From Chloroflexota bacterium (GTDB lineage Bacteria; Chloroflexota; Limnocylindria; Limnocylindrales; CSP1-4), in assembly GCA_030447745.1 (NCBI GenBank), contig JAUJOH010000005.1, positions 84,337 through 148,336 on the forward strand: DNA of 64,000 nucleotides, in the 5' to 3' direction. A program made the translations under genes and the position numbers. Shown piece by piece: positions 62,676 to 64,000 of the stretch (positions are counted from its first letter, which is position 1; the number at the start of each line of letters is the position of its first letter). The notes below the pieces were generated by a model. It was not told the origin of the DNA and ran no database searches. It saw only the letters and a program-made list of their open reading frames with translations.

Positions 62676-63019
62676 GGCCGGCACGTCCGCAGCACCTACC
62701 GACGACCGAGTCGCTCGTGGATGCGAGCCGCCGGTCCGGAGGCCCTCCCGCCGGGACGGCGCGAGGACCTGCCAGCGAACCAGTCGCTCGTGGATGCGAG
62801 CGGCCGGTCCGGATTGCCGCCGGCCGGGACGGTCCGAGGTCGCGCCAGCGAACCAGTCGCTCGTGGATGCGAGTCGGACGCCGGGAAGCCGGTAGGCCGG
62901 CACGTCCGCAGCGCCTACCGACGATCGAGTCGCTCGTGGATGCGAGCGGCCGGTCCGGGGGACCGCCCGCCGTGACGGGCCGGGGACGTGCCAGCGAACC
63001 AGTCGCTCGTGGATGCGAG
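62676..63019. repeat. Tandem repeat array with an exact 73-bp period (five conserved cores, two unit types, 219-bp higher-order period)
   Basis: The core agtcgctcgtggatgcgag starts at 62709, 62782, 62855, 62928 and 63001. Details are in the findings. Confidence 0.9.
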
Positions 63020-63107
63020 CCTGATCGGGGACCTTGGGTGGGTCGATCCGCGGGCTGGCGCGTCGGCGATGGATTCGGGCGCTCGCGTCTCCAGACGATG
63101 CCCCACT

Positions 63108-63815
63108 TCACCGTCCGCTCCCCGAATCGGGCGTTCGCGCCTCCGCGTGATGCGGCTCGTGGCGGAGGTATCGATAGACCAGCGCACCGAGAGCAGCGCC
63201 GCTGACGGGACCGGCGACGTAGATCCGCAGATCCGCCAGCTCGCCCGAGACGAGGGCGGGCCCCAGCGAGCGAGCCGGGTTCAGCGAGGCGCCCGTGACC
63301 GGCCCGCCGGCCAGCGCCGCGACCGCGACGGTGCCGCCGATCGCCAGCGCGGCGCCATGGCCGACGGCCCGGGTGTCGGTCGCGACCGCGGTGATGACCA
63401 GCATCAGGAGCGCGGTCAGGATCGCCTCTCAGGCCAGCGCCGACGAAAGCGCGATCGCCGGCCGCGTGACGCCCAGCCCGACGTCGCCGAGCGTGATCCG
63501 GAGCAGCGCCGCGCCCGTGACGGCCCCGGCGACCTGCGCGAGGGCGTAGGTCAGGACCCGACGCCACGGGAAGTGGCGGCCCACGGCAAAGCCGACGGAC
63601 ACGGCGGGGTTGAAGTGGGCGCCGGAGATGTGTCCCAGGCCGTAGACCATCACGGCGATGACGAGACCGAACGTGACGGCGACGGCCGGCGCGCTCACGC
63701 TCCCGACGGCGATCGCTCCGCAGCCGACGAAGACGAGCGCGAAGGTCCCGATGAACTCCGCGGCGTGCGCGCGGAGCTGCGACCGACGCCCGTCCGGCGT
63801 CGCGTCGAGCGTCAG
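63108..63815 (-). pseudogene. MIP-family channel (aquaporin/aquaglyceroporin) interrupted by an in-frame TGA; no canonical start
   Basis: AEFIGTFALVFVGCG, HISGAHFNPAVS, then TGA (63429-63431), then EAILTALLMLVITAVATD, SLNPARS. Upstream of the GTG at 63698 the family sequence continues, with only a CTG (63813-63815) available as a start. Confidence 0.8.
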
Positions 63816-64000
63816 GCGAGCGCCGGCCGGCGACCGCGCCCCGCGGCGCGCAGCGCGACCTCGATGAACGGCCGGAGCCGTGCCGAGACCTCGACCTGCG
63901 TCCGTCGGAAGGCGGCCAGCTTCTCTTCGTCCGTGCCCTCGACCTCGGACGGGTCGTCGAGTCCCCAGTGGAGCGTGTTGTCTGACCCGGGGAAGACCGG
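63812..64000 (-). CDS. arsC: Arsenate reductase (LMW-phosphatase-type ArsC), C-terminal 62 codons; 5' end lies outside the window
   Basis: PVFPGSDNTLHWGLDDPSEVEGTDEEKLAAFRRTQVEVSARL matches the CPxxPG..HWxxxDP..G.....F..R..I block of thioredoxin/mycoredoxin-type ArsC. Confidence 0.7.
   Translation of the reverse strand, partial: PVFPGSDNTLHWGLDDPSEVEGTDEEKLAAFRRTQVEVSARLRPFIEVALRAAGRGRRPALA

Noticed and set aside
62709-63019. CRISPR array: five identical ~19-30-nt repeats at a perfectly regular 73-bp spacing
   Set aside because: The sequences between the cores are homologous to each other (~80-85% identity for three of them, and the fourth matches the sequence preceding the array), so they are not unique spacers. 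The conserved core is shorter than typical CRISPR repeats. There are no cas genes and no AT-rich leader in the window.
63429-63431. Selenocysteine or programmed recoding at the in-frame TGA of the MIP channel
   Set aside because: The aligned position in MIP channels is a hydrophobic or aromatic residue in a transmembrane helix, not a redox Cys. I saw no SECIS-like hairpin immediately downstream. The window has many other simple gene disruptions.

Overview
Very GC-rich chromosomal segment that looks actinobacterial (holin-X/DUF3618 stress genes, ECF sigma with an RskA-like anti-sigma factor, F420/LLM-type enzyme). It carries about 60 genes. Many long ORFs in the six-frame track are GC read-through artefacts, so gene calls rest on recognisable protein families and start codons were re-derived by counting from the ORF track.

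Mostly core functions:
- sufB-sufD-Rieske
- ECF sigma/anti-sigma, ubiE, lgt
- reverse transsulfuration (cystathionine beta-synthase plus gamma-lyase)
- pckA, mdh, mmsA
- gltX, proS, upp, sppA
- an OmpR-type regulator and a SenX3/PhoR-like kinase
- a DtxR-family regulator
- two ABC importers
- a partial arsC plus a MIP channel at the right edge

Unusual parts:
1. An intact, translationally coupled [NiFe]-hydrogenase accessory operon (24.9-28.9 kb) has lost its structural genes. Only the last ~155 codons of the large subunit remain, butted against tandemly duplicated 3' fragments of a dihydropyrimidinase gene on the opposite strand.
2. Two paralogous proteins with a winged-helix-like region and a Cys/His cluster, of unknown function. 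One lies inside that operon. The other is paired with PadR, divergent from an iron-type ABC importer.
3. A reductive pyrimidine-catabolism gene set is split by that ~9 kb block. An LLM-family oxidoreductase sits where a dihydropyrimidine dehydrogenase would be expected.
4. An exactly 73-bp-phased tandem repeat array follows the kinase gene.
5. A stress-protein triad has LEA-like 11-mer repeats and Gly/Tyr-rich tails.
6. About one gene in five is disrupted, and several breaks are single-base errors in C/G homopolymers. Assembly error must therefore be excluded before any claim of genome decay.

No tRNA, rRNA, transposase, integrase, cas gene or recognisable defence system was seen.
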